Below are positions 14,821-27,200 of a DNA stretch of 64,000 nt, piece by piece (within the stretch, counting starts at the first letter, position 1; every line of letters starts with the position of its first letter). The notes below the pieces were generated by a model that worked only from the letters and a program-made list of their open reading frames with translations, was not told where the DNA came from and did not search any database. This stretch comes from the human T2T-CHM13v2.0 reference genome, Homo sapiens: the NCBI RefSeq assembly GCF_009914755.1, contig NC_060935.1; one strand, given 5' to 3'. The translations under genes were made by a program, and so were the position numbers.

Positions 14821-15751
14821 ATGTTCCACACCAACACCACCATTTTCCACCCAGACACCTTTTTTCTGACAGGCATCCCGGGACTTGAGGCTTTCCATGG
14901 CTGGATTTCCATGCCCTTTTGCTGTATTTACTTGATGCCTCTGCTGGGCAATGCTACAATTCTACTGACAATCTGGTCTGATCGTACTCTTCGGGACCCT
15001 ATGTTCTACTTTCTAGCCATCTTATCAGCCATAGACCTAGCCCTCTCAACATCCTCAGTGCCTCGTATGTTAGGTATCTTCTGGTTTGATGCACATAAAA
15101 TTGGCTTTGGAGCCTGGGTAGCCCAGATGTTTCTGATACACACTTTCACAGGAATGGAGTCCACTGTGCTGCTGGCAATGGCCTTTGACCGCTATGTGGC
15201 CATCTGTACATCACTCCACTATACCTCTACTCTGACACCCCGAGTATTGGCAGGCATTGGTGTGAGCATTATAATGCGCCCAGTCCTGCTCATGTTGCCC
15301 ATTCTCTACCTAACCCATCGTCTGCCCTTCTGTGAGGCTCGGATTATTGCCCACTCCTACTGTGAGCACATGGGTATTGCTAAGTTGGCCTGTGCTAGCA
15401 TTCACATCAATGCTATTTATGGGCTTTTTGTGGCTTCTTATTTTGGATGTCGCACTTGTTGGAATCTCCTATACCTACATTCTCCGAGCTGTTTTCCACC
15501 TCCCATCTCAAGACGCTCGTCACAAAGCACTGAGAACGTGTGGCTCACATGTTGGGGTCATGTGTGTTTTCTATACACCCTCCCTCTTCTCCTTCCTCAC
15601 CTACCGATTTCGCAAAAAAATTCCCCGTTATGTCCACATTCTTGTTGCCAACCTCTATGTGGTCATTCCACCTGCCCTCAATCCTATTATCTATGGTGTG
15701 AGAACCAAGCAGATTCATGAGCATGTGGTCCATACTTTCACCTCAAAGTAA
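14821..15751 (+). pseudogene. OR52J1P: Olfactory receptor family 52J pseudogene (frameshift near 15436-15439)
   Basis: N-part has MAFDRYVAIC and HSYCEHMG in the 14821 frame. C-part has KALRTCGSH and [16 protein letters not shown] in the 15332 frame. 931 nt is 5 short of 936. TM3 Cys is replaced by Trp (TGG at 15115-15117). Confidence 0.85.
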
Positions 15752-16400
15752 GGTCTCTTATTTCTTTACTTCTTGAGGGTGTGGATATGGCTGAGAGAAG
15801 TCAATTTTGAGACTTCACTAGGTAATTATTTTGTAAGTGAATTTCATATCAAGAGATTCTGCAAGTCCTAAAGGAACAAACTTTGGAGAATATTTTCCGG
15901 TCTTAAACCTCCATGTTGTCTCTCCTCATTCGTGTTGAGTGTTCTTCTGAATATAAAGTTTCATTATAGCAGGAGAACATATCCCACTGGAATCCCTTTC
16001 CGTTTTTAACTATGGAAATCAAGTGAAATTCTGTTTCTGTGTATTAAAAAACAGGTTAGTCTTCCAGTGGGTCTCAATTAGTTGCCTGCAACTGTCTAGA
16101 CTTTCTCCGCAAAAAGAACTAAATGAAAATTTAAAATGAAAAAGATCTTGGTAGAATTCTAATTTAACAATTTAAATACATCTTATTTTTCTGAGTACAA
16201 CACTGGGATACTGAGTCACATTTTTTAAAACGTATGGTTTTTCCCTTTCATTTCAGCAGCCATTTTTTTGTTTTGCTTTTCTTAAGATCCTGTAGGCACT
16301 ATGTGTCCTCACTGTACCACTGCCTCCCTTCTCATTTCTGGGAAAGCATGAAGTGAAAGTACCTGAAAAAAATACTTGTGTGAAAGAATACAAATCTTGT

Positions 16401-18894
16401 GCTCCCTCTCCCTCTCCCTCTCCCTCTCCCTCCCCCTCCCCCTCCCTCTCCCTCTCCGTCTCCCTCTCCCTCCACAGTCTCCCTCTGATGCCGAGCCAAG
16501 GCTGGACGGTACTGCTGCCATCTCGGCTCACTGCAACCTCCCTGCCTGATTCTCCTGCCTCAGCCTGCCGAGTGCCTGCGATTGCAGGCGCGCACCGCCA
16601 CGCCTGACTGGTTTTCGTTTTTTTTTTGGTGGAGACGGGGTTTCGCTGTGTTGGCCGGGCTGGTCTCCAGCTCCTAGCCGCGAGTGATCCGCCAGCCTCG
16701 GCCTCCCGAGGTGCCGGGATTGCAGATGGAGTCTCGTTCACTCAGTGCTCAATGGTGCCCAGGCTGGAGTGCAGTGGCGTGATCTCGGCTCGCTGCAACC
16801 ACCTCCCAGCCGCCTGCCTTGGCCTCCCGGAGAGCCGAGGTTGCAGCCTCTGCCCGGCCGCCACCCCGTCTGGGAAGTGAGGAGCGTCTCTGCTTGGCCA
16901 CCCATCGTCTGGGATGTGAGGAGCCCCTCTGCCTGGCTGCCCAGTCTGGAAAGTGAGGAGCGTCTCTGCCCGGCCGCCATCCCATCTGGGAAGCGAGGAG
17001 CGCCTCTTCCCCGCCGCCATCCCATCTAGGAAGTGAGGAGCGTCTCTGCCCGGCCGCCCATCGTCTGAGATGTGGGGAGCACCTCTGCCCCGCCGCCCTG
17101 TCTGGGATGTGAGGAGCGCCTCTGCTGGGCCGCAGCCCTGTCTGGGAGGTGGGGAGCGTCTCTGCCCGGCCGCTCCGTCTGAGAAGTGAGGAAACCCTCT
17201 GCCTGGCAACCGCCCCGTCTGAGAAGTGAGGAGCCCCTCCGTCCGGCAACCACCCCGTCTGGGAAGTGAGGAGCGTCTCCGCCCAGCAGCCACCCCGTCC
17301 GGGAGGGAGGTGGGGGGGGTCAGCCCCCCGCCCGGCCAGCCGCCCCGTCCGGGAGGTGAGGGGCTCCTCTGCCCGGCCGCCCCTACTGGGAAGTGAGGAG
17401 CCCCTCTGCCTGGCCAGCCGCCCCATCCGGGAGGGAGGCGGGGGGGGGGGGTCGGCCAGCCGCCCCGTCCGGGAGGGAGGTGGGGGGGTCAGCCCCCCGC
17501 CCGGCCAGCCGCCCCGTCCGGGAGGTGAGGGGCTCCTCTGCCCGGCCGCCCCTACTGGGAAGTGAGGAGCCCCTCTGCCCGGCCAGACGCCCCGTCCAGG
17601 AGGGAGGTGGGGGGGTCAGCCCCCCGCCCGGCCAGCCGCCCAGTCCGGGAGGGAGGTGGGGGGTCAGCCCCCCGCCCGGCCAGCCGCCCCGTCCGGGAGG
17701 GGGGAGGGGGGGTCAGCCCCCTGCCCGGCCAGCCGCCCCGTCCGGGAGGGAGGTGGGGGGGGTCAGCCCCCCGCCTGGCCAGCCGCCCCGTCCGGGAGGG
17801 AGATGGGGGGATCAGCCCCCCGCCTGGCCAGTCGCCCCGTCCGGGAGGTGAGGGGCGCCTCTGCCCGGCCGCCCCTACTGGAAAGTGAGGAGCCCCTCTG
17901 CCCGGCCAGCCGCCCCGTCCGGGAGGGAGGCGGGGTGGGGGGGGGGGGTCGGCCAGCCGCCCCGTCCGGGAGGGAGGTTGGGGGGGTCAGCCCCCCTTCC
18001 GGCCGGCCGCCCCGTCCGGGAGGTGAGGGGCGCCTCTGCCCGGCCGCCCCTACTGGGAAGTGAGGACCCCTCTGCCTGGCCAGCCGCCCCGTCCGGGAGG
18101 GAGGTGGGGGGGACAGCCCCCCGCCCAGCCAGCCGCCCTATCCAGGAGGTGAGGGGCGCCTCTGCCCGGCCGTCCCTACTGGGAAGTGAGGAGCCCCTCT
18201 GCCTGGCCAGCCGCCCCGTCCGGGAGGGTGGTGGGGGGGTCAGCCCCCCGCCCGGCCAGCCGCCCCATCCGGGAGGTGAGGGGCGCTTCTGCCCGGCCGC
18301 CCCTACTGGGAAGTGAGGAGCCCCTCTGCCCGGCCACGACCCCGTCTGGGAGGTGTGCCCAGCGGCTCATTGGGGATGGGCCATGATGACAATGGCGGTT
18401 TTGTGGAATAGAAAGGCGGGAAGGGTGGGGAAAAAATTGAGAAATCGGATGGTTGCCGGGTCTCTGTGGATAGAAGTAGACATGGGAGACTTTTCATTTT
18501 GTTCTGTACTAAGAAAAATTCTTCTGCCTTGGGATCCTGTTGATCTGTGACCTTATCCCCAACCCTGTGCTCTCTGAAACATGTGCTGTGTCCACTCAGG
18601 GTTAAATGGATTAAGGGCGGTGCAAGATGTGCTTTGTTAAACAGATGCTTGAAGGCAGCATGCTCGTTAAGAGTCATCACCACTCCCTAATCTTAAGTAC
18701 CCAGGGACACAAACACTGCGGAAGGCCAAGGCCGCAGGGTCCTCTGCCTAGGAAAACCAGAGACCTTTGTTCACTCGTTTATCTGCTGACCTTCCCTCCA
18801 CTATTGTCCTATGACCCTGCCAAATCCCCCTCTGCAAGAAACACCCAAGAATGATCAATAAAAAAAAAATAAATTAATTAAAAAAAAAAAAAAA
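16401..18894 (+). mobile_element. Full-length SVA retrotransposon (young, SVA_E-like)
   Basis: (CCCTCT)n ~16402-16472, antisense Alu-like ~16473-16850, GC-rich VNTR ~16850-18350, SINE-R ~18350-18856, AATAAA plus poly(A); TSD AAAGAATACAAATCTTGT at 16383-16400 and 18895-18912. Subfamily from recalled SINE-R diagnostics. Confidence 0.97.
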
Positions 18895-18971
18895 AAAGAA
18901 TACAAATCTTGTTTATAAAAGGAGCTGAATGCACAGAATTCTAAGACTTATTTTCCAAATTATGTTTAATC

Positions 18972-18975
<4 letters not shown>

Positions 18976-19011
<36 letters not shown>

Positions 19012-19018
19012 TGTGTGC
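18976..19018. repeat. (TG)n microsatellite
   Basis: Seen directly. Confidence 0.95.
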
Positions 19019-20587
19019 ATGTATGTATGTGTGATACTTTTAGGCAACCCTCTATCAGACATCAGGGCAACTTCTTCTACAAAGGTCTCTTTATTTGTGC
19101 AATGTAACGTACATACATCCTTTGAGGCTTGATGTTTCGCAAAAGTTGACGAATCTCAGATAATTTCAGATACAAAATAAATTTTCAAAGTCAGCTACTT
19201 TAACAGGAATTTGCTGGATGTTTTTCCACATATTTTGTGTAGCTATGAAGACATAATTTTGCTACAACTCCTGTGAGCCAAAGGCAATTTTGTGAATATT
19301 CTTTCTCAATTTACTATTGGCAGAAACTGACATGCAAAGAAAAATGATGAAGCAAAGCAGAAGAGTGACTGCTCAGGAGACTAGGAACTAATTTTCTGAT
19401 GCCATGTTCATTGCATGATGGTGGAAAAATAACTTTACAATTTCTGGCATGACTAAAAGGATCAGAACAAAAATCTTTAGAGTTCAGAAATATGGGAGAT
19501 AGATTAATTATATTTTCAGCAAAGATTGTCGACTAGAGATTTCAGGTAAAACCTTCTGGAAGGAACTAGTGGAGAATAACACAAGGAGTATCTGAATATA
19601 TTTGTCTGAAGAACTGATTCCTGTGCTCTTAAGGAAGTGCCCTGTTCTCTTAAAGATAGGAACAAGAATATAATGAATTTTCCAGGGACTCTTTTTGTCA
19701 GTAGTTTATTCAATAGCATTCTTACCAGTGTTTTTCTCAACTTGGATTTGTATCTTAAGTACCACTCAAATTTAATAATGTTTCATTATACATCATTCTT
19801 CAAATAAACTAGATTTATATTATCTTCTCTTTAGAAGAAAAGTTTACACCTATTTACAGTTGGTCAGACAGGAGACACATGTAAGTAATCTTTAAGTAAC
19901 AATGTACTCTACTAAACATTTCACAGATGTTTTTCATGTTCTAATAATGTATTTTATAGTCAAACTCTTCATTTTTTTCCAACCATCATTTTACTTTTTG
20001 TTTTCATGCCCTACAAGAAAAATACAAGTAAGCGTCAATGACAAAAGCATTGGAAATGTGTCTCGATTTCCAGTTTTCCCTCAGCTATTTAACCTACGTA
20101 AAACCCACTACAGGAAATATATGGTTGCAATAATAAAAATAGAGATGGGGTTCTGAAGGGCAGATTTCTAAGTAAGAAATTATTTTTCATGAGCAAAAAC
20201 TGAAAGCACAATTCACATAATATGCTTTTTTAAAATAAAAGTTTTACTTCAAAATAATAAAACTGATCTTTGTGTAGGGTAGGCTGCATGTGTCCAATGT
20301 AATACAACAAGTTAAATAACGACATTTGGATAGGTTACATAGCAACCCAAGGTGACATCTGAAAGCGGCATTTTCCTTGCCTGCACCTCAAACCCATGCT
20401 AACACTTACATGATAGGCATATCTGTGGTAGACAACAGAATGTGGTTAATTATCATAGACTATAGAATGCTATAAACAGAATAAATAGTCACTTTATCCA
20501 GATAATCATTACTAGATTTGTAACTATAATGTTATGTCTTATTTCCCTTAAGAGAACTGGTATTTTCCCAACCATGAAAGAGAGTAG

Positions 20588-20860
20588 GGTCTAGAAACGA
20601 TGACTCATACCTGTAATCCTAGCACTTTGGGAGGCTCTGGTTTGCAGATAGCTTGAGCCCAGGAGTGAGATATCAGCCTGGGCAACATAGTCAGACTTTA
20701 TCTCTACAAAAAACAAAAACAATAGCCAGGTGTGGTGGTACACTCCTATAGTCCCAGCTACTTAGGAGACTGAGGTGGGAGAATCTCTTGTCCCCTGAAG
20801 TTTGAGGCTGCAGTAAGCCAAAATCGTGTGACTGCACGATAGAGCAAGATGTTGTCAAAA
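20588..20860 (+). mobile_element. AluJ, diverged
   Basis: CCTGTAATCCTAGCACTTTGGGAGGC...GCTTGAGCCCAGGAG...GAGGCTGCAGTAAGCC. Confidence 0.85.
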
Positions 20861-20958
20861 AGAAGAAGAGAAGGAGGAGGAGGAGGAAGAAGAGGAGGAG
20901 GGGGAGGGGGAGGAGGAAGGAGAAAAGAAGAAGAAGAAGAGGAGGAGGAGGAGAAAGG
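20861..20958. repeat. (GAA)/(GGA) repeat derived from the Alu tail
   Basis: Seen directly. Confidence 0.9.
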
Positions 20959-21391
20959 ATAATTGTTTTTCTTCTTGATTTTCGTCTACACCTATCTCAC
21001 CCTCAAAAGATGCCCACACCATCAAAGACAATAAATATAATCCTGTTTGAAAGAAATAATATACAGAGCACTAATTCAATCCACTTCCTTTATTCTATAC
21101 TCTTAAAAACACTAAATAAATATTAACAATTATGATTGCCTATTACTTTTATTATTATTAAAGTATAATAAAATTATTGCAAAATATCAGATTCCAAATT
21201 CTGCTAATTGGTATAAGTAACAGAGGCAACAACTAATTTTTACCAACCAATTAGCAGCATTTCTAATAATAATAAAAATGGACATTATTTTAATTTTATT
21301 TTATTTGTTACAACTTTCAGCACATAAAATTTATAATCATTTATACAAACAGCTCTATGATTCATATGCAGTTTATCTCAAGTAAGGTATA

Positions 21392-21720
21392 CAGTATTCC
21401 CCCATTATCCACAGTGAATATGTTTCAAAACCTTCAGTGGATGTCTGGAACTGCTAATAGTATTTAGCCCCATATATCCCGTATATATATTCTATTTTTT
21501 TCCTATAGCATAGTTATTATAAAGTTTAATTAATGCATTAGAAAAAGATTAACAACAATAACTAGTAATAAAATAGAACACTTACAACAATATAATAAAA
21601 GTTATGTGAATATTCTTTCTCTCTCTTAAAATATTAATACCTTTATTGTACTCTACTCACCTATTTTCTGACCATGATTGACCATGGATACCGAAATCAT
21701 GAAAAGCAAAACAACAGATA
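21392..21720. mobile_element. TcMar-Tigger MITE (MER44-like)
   Basis: TA-CAGTATTCCCCCATTATCCAC terminus; GATTAACAACAATAACTAGTAATAAAATAGAAC; TTGACCATGGATACCGAAATCATGAAAAGC. Confidence 0.7.
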
Positions 21721-21949
21721 CCATATATGCTTTATCTTTTGCTATCCTGCAAGTTATCTATTATATAACTTCATTTTCGCCTATTAACACATTCTCAGTG
21801 AAAGAAAAAACATGTTCAAAGTAGTAAAACTAGAAAAAATTCTAATATTTATTTTTATAATCATGTACTTCATTTTATTTTTTAGTTGGGAACATCCTTT
21901 ACAAGTCAATGTTGTAATTAAAAATCAAGCAACTAAATATGCAAACATC

Positions 21950-23440
21950 TATGAATCTCTTTAATGAATGATATAAGATATCTACCTTGAAAACTATGTA
22001 ATAAGTTAAGAAGACTCAGATAAATGGTAGAATATACCACACTTATGATTGAATTTAAAGACACAATATTGTAAATAATATGATTTTCCCTATAAAGATA
22101 TTCAGATTCAATGCAATCTCAATAAAATTTTCTGAAAGTCATTTTGTGGAAATTTTCAAGTAGCATTGAAAGTTTATATGGAGATGTAAATTAGGTCCTG
22201 GAATACTCAAGGCTTTCCTGTAAAACAAAAACACTGAGGGATAAACACAACCAGATGCAAGATTGATACTAAGTAGACGTCAGAACCATATTTGCTGTAG
22301 TTTGACTCAAGGATACGCAAGTAGGCTAATGAATCAAAACAGACAATGTAAAATCAAACCACTAATATGGAGACAGAGACAGTGTACTACTTTGAGAAAA
22401 TGATTTTTTAAAGGAATGGTGATGAAAATAGCTCACGTATATGAAAAAAGCAAAATGAATCTCAACCCCTCAATTGCACTATATACTAAAATTAATCCCA
22501 GAGGAACTTTAAATTATAATATAAAAGCTAAAAAAATAAAGTCTTTAGAAAAAATGCTCGAGGGAGTGTGGAGAAAAATGAACTCCTATATGCTGTTTGT
22601 GGGACTGTTAACTGGTATTGCCATTATGAAAAACAAAATGGAGGTTTCTGAAAAATCTAAAAGTAGAACTACCATATGAGACAGCAATCTCACTACAGGG
22701 TTTATGTCCAAAGGAATAAAAAATCAGTATGTCAAAGAGATACCTGTACTCCTATGCTCACTGAAGCACCATTCACAACAGCTAAGACATCAATCTCTCC
22801 AGAAAGGATAAAGAAAATGTGGTATGCTATGTATACACAATGGAATACTATTCAGCTTTAACTAGGAAGAAAATCTTGTCATTTGCAACAACAGAGACAA
22901 AACTGAAAGACATTATGTTAAGTGAAATAAGTCAGGCATGCAAAGACAAATACTGCAGGATATCACTTACATGTGGAACACAAAAAAGTTGAACTCATAG
23001 GAGTAGATAGTAGAATGGTAGTTACCAGAGCTGAGGAAGTTAGGCAGTGAAGGGGAGATATTGGCAAAAGGGTACAGAATTTTAGTTAGACCAGAAGGGC
23101 AAGTTTTTGAGATCTATTGTACAGTATCTTGACTATAGTAAATGATAATGTATTATGCATATCATAACTGCTGAGAATAAATCTCAAATGTTATTACCAC
23201 AAAAATAAGTATGTGAGGTGATTTATATGTTAATTGGATTGATTGTATATATTAGTTGTGTATTAGAACTTTTCATTAACTCAGTGCATCTAAAACTCAA
23301 TGTATCTAGAACTGATTATTAATATATCTAATATGTTAATTACATTAATGTTAATTACATTGATCATTGCATAATGTATACATATACAAAAATATCACAT
23401 TGTACCTTATAAATATATACAACCATTATGTCAAATAAAT
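21950..23440 (+). mobile_element. L1M ORF2 remnant plus L1MA-type 3' end
   Basis: AGATTCAATGCAATCTCAATAAAA; TCAAAGAGATACCTGTACTCCTATG; GACATTATGTTAAGTGAAATAAGTCAGG; CACATTGTACCTTATAAATATATACAA. Confidence 0.75.
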
Positions 23441-23941
23441 TAAAAGTCAAATAATATACAGAACATGTGTCAGGGACATTTCTAAATAAGTGCATTTATT
23501 TCTATGTGTAACCCTATCAGACAGGTACTGTCACTACCTCATTTCATGCATAGGGAAAGTAAAGAGCATGCAGACTAATTTGCCAAATGTCACTGCCAAA
23601 GACTTTTGGCACTTTTGAATGCTACTGCCAAAGACTTCTCCAGCCTTCCTAACTCACCTAAGAGGAAATAAACATCTAGTCAACAGATGTCAAGGCTTCA
23701 AGGAAATAGATTAGGAACACTGAAGTCAGGGAAGAGAACAGAGGAGGAGAGAGGGCACTATACAACCAGAGAAATACTTGTGAAGGTAAAGACGTGAGCC
23801 AAAGGCACCAGAAGGCTCAGGTTTAATTGGAAGATTATTGAGAGCTTTCCTTCTGCCATACCTTGCCACCATGCAAGCAGGGTTCCAGTATAATAGTGGA
23901 TTATACTTGAAGGAACTGAGAAATAATCTTTAGGATGATTA

Positions 23942-24222
23942 TAGTCACGTGTTGCTTAACGATGAGGATATGTTCTGAGAAATGCATCCTTAGGCGATTT
24001 TGTCATTGTGTGACATCACAGAGTGTACTGACACAAACTGCGATGGTACAGCCTAATACGTGTCTGGGCTATAGATTACTGCCTATTATTCCTTGGCTAC
24101 AAACCTGTACAGCATGTTACCGTGCTGGATACTACAGGCAGTTTTAACACAATGTTAAGTATTTGTATATCTAAACAGAAAAGTTAAGAGTAAAAATATG
24201 ATATTTTAGCACCACTGTCCTA
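23942..24222. mobile_element. Tigger3-type (MER7) DNA transposon, one end missing
   Basis: GCTTAACGATGAGGATATGTTCTGAGAAATGCATCCTTAGGCGATTTTGTCATTGTG; GGCTACAAACCTGTACAGCATGTTAC. Confidence 0.8.
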
Positions 24223-27200
24223 CAATACTGTAGGGCCCACCCCCTAACAGGTCCTAGTATGTGTTGTTCTCCTCCCTGTGTTCATGTGTTCTCATTATTC
24301 AGCTCCCACTTATATGTCAGAACATGTGGTGTTTGGTTTCCTATCCCTGTGTCAGTTTGATGAGGAAAATGGCTTCCACCTCCATCCATGTCCCTGCAAA
24401 GGACATGATCTCATTCCTTTTTATGGCTACATAGGATTCTATGGTGTATGTGTACCACATTTTCTTTAACCATTCTATCATTGATGGGCATTTGGCTTGA
24501 TTCCATGTCTTTGCTGTTGTGAATAGTGTTGCAATGAACATATGTGTGCATATATCTTTGTAACTGAACGATTTATATTCCTATGGGTATACACCCAGTA
24601 ATGGGATTTCTGGGTCAAATGGTATTTCTTGTTCTAGGTCTTTGAGGAATTGACACCCTGTATTCCACAATGTTTGAACTAATTTGCATTCCCACCAACA
24701 GTGTAAAAGTGTTCCTATTTCTCCACAGCCTCACCAGCATCTGTTGTTTATTTACGTTTTAATAATCACCATTCTAACCAGTGCACGATGGTATCTCATT
24801 GTGGTCTTGATTTGCATTTCTCCAATGATCAGTGATGTTGGGCCTTTTTTCATGTTTTTTGGTCACATAAATGTCTTCTTTTGTGAAGTGTCCGTTCATG
24901 TCTTTGCCCACTTTTTAATGGTGGTGTTTTTTTCTTATAAATTTATTTAAGTTCCTTGTAGATACTGGATATCTACAATGCTTTGTCATAGATTGAAAGC
25001 ATTTTCTTTCATTCTGCAGGTTGTCTCTACATTCTAATGACAGTTTCTTTTGCTGTACAGAAGCTCTTTAGTTTAATTAGATCCCATTTGTCAAGTTGTG
25101 CTGTTGTTGCAATTGCTCTTGACGTTTTTGTCATGAAATCTTTGTCCGTGCCTATGTGCTGAATGGTATTGCCTAGATTTTGTAGTTTTGGGGTTTACAT
25201 TTAAGTCTAATTCATCTTGAATTAATTTGTGTATAAGGTGTAAGGAAGGGGTCCAGTTTCAATTTTCTGCATATGGCGAGCCAGTTTCCCAGTACCATTT
25301 ATTAAATATGGAATCCTTTCCCCATTGCTTGTTTTTGTCATGTTTGTTGAAGGTCATATACTTGTAGATGTGTGGTCTTATTTCTGATATCTCTACCCTG
25401 TTCCATTGGTCTGTGTGTCCGTTTTTGTGCCAGTACTATGCTGTTTTTGTTACCATAGCCTTGTAGTATACCTTGAAGCTGGGTAGTGTGATGACTCCAG
25501 CTTTGTTCTTTTTGCTTAGGATTGTCTTGGCTATAGGGGCTCTTTTTTGGTTCCACATGAATTTTAAAGTAGTTCTGTGAAGAATGTCAATGGTAGTTTA
25601 ATGGGGATAGCATTGAATATATAAATTACTTTTGGCAGTATGGCCATTTTTATGATATTGATTCTTCCTATCCATGAACATGTAATGTTTTTACATTTGT
25701 GTGTGTCCTCTCATTTCCTTGAGCACTGGTTTGTAGTTCTCCTTGAAGAGTCCTTCACTTCCCTTGTTAGCTGTATTTCTAGGTATTTAATTCTCTTTGT
25801 AGCAATTGTGAATGTGAGTTCATTTGTGATTTGGCTCTCTTCTTGTCTATTGCAGGTGTGTAGACATGCTTGTGGTTTTTGCACATTGATTTTGTATCCT
25901 GAGATTTTGCTGAAGTTGCTTACTAACTTAAGAAGCTTTCAGGCTGAGATATGGGGGCTTTCTAGATACAGGATCATGTCATCTGCAGAAAAAGACAGTT
26001 GGACTTAATTTCTTCTATTCCTATTTGAATATCCTTTATTTCTTTCTCTTGCCTGATTTCCCTGGCCAGAACTTCTAATATTATTTTGAATAGGAGTGGT
26101 GAGAGCAGGCATTCTTATCTTGTGCCAGTTTTCAAGGAGAATCGTCCAGTTTTTGCTTATTCAGTATGACATTGGCCGTGGGTTTGTCATAAATGGTTCG
26201 TATTAGTTTTTGATATGTTCCATCAAAATCTAATTTATTGAGTTTTTAACATGAAGAGATGATGAATTTTATCAAAGGCCTTTTCTGCATCTGTTGACAT
26301 AATCTTGTCATTTTTGTCTTTAATTCTGTTTATGTGATGAATTACATTTATTGATTTGCATATGTTGAATCAACCTTGCATCTTGGGATAAAGCTGACTT
26401 GATCATGGTGAATAAGCTTTCTGATGTGCTGCTGGATTCGGTTTGCCAGTATTTTATTGAGAATTTTGGCATTGATGTTCATCAGGGATATAGGCCTAAA
26501 GTTTCCTTTTTTTGTTGTTGTTGTATCTCTGCCAGGTTTTGGTATCAGGGTGATGCTGGCCTCATAAAGTGAGTTAGGAAGAAATCTCTTCTTTTCAATT
26601 GTTTGGAATAGTTTCAGAAGAAATTATACCAGCTCCTCTTTGTACCTCTGGTATAATTCAGCTGCTAATCCATCTGGTCCTGGGCTTTTTTTAAAGACTA
26701 TTTATTACTGTCTCAACTTCAGAAGTTGTTACTGGTCCATTCAGGGATTCAAATTCTTCCTGGTTCAGTTTTGAGAGGGTGTATGCATCCAGGAATTTAT
26801 TCATGTCTTCTAGATTTTCTAGTTTATGTGCATAGAGGTGTTTATCTCTGAGGGTTGTTTGTATTTCTGTGGGGTCAATAATGATATCCCCCTTATCATT
26901 TCTGATTGTGTCTATTTGATTCTTCTCTCTTTTCTTTATTTTTCTAGCTAGTGATCTATCTTATTTTATAGATTTTTCAAAAAATCAGCTTCTGGATTCA
27001 TTGATTTTTTGAAGTGTTTTTCATATCTCTATCTCTGTTAGTTCCACTCTGGTCTTGGTTATTTCTTGTCTTCTGCTAGCTTTAAGGTTTGTCTGCTCTT
27101 GGTTCTCTAGTTCTTTTAGTTGTGATGTTAGGGTATCGATTTTAGATCTTTCTAGCTTTTTGATGTAGGCATTTAGTGCCACACATTTTTCTCTTAACAC

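Noticed and set aside
16850-18350. Repeat array superficially like a CRISPR
   Set aside because: It is the SVA VNTR: tandem related units with no unique spacers and no cas genes, in eukaryotic DNA
16253-18854. Many long overlapping Pro/Gly/Arg-rich ORFs on both strands
   Set aside because: They are artefacts of the stop-poor, GC-rich SVA VNTR and Alu-like domains; SVA is non-coding
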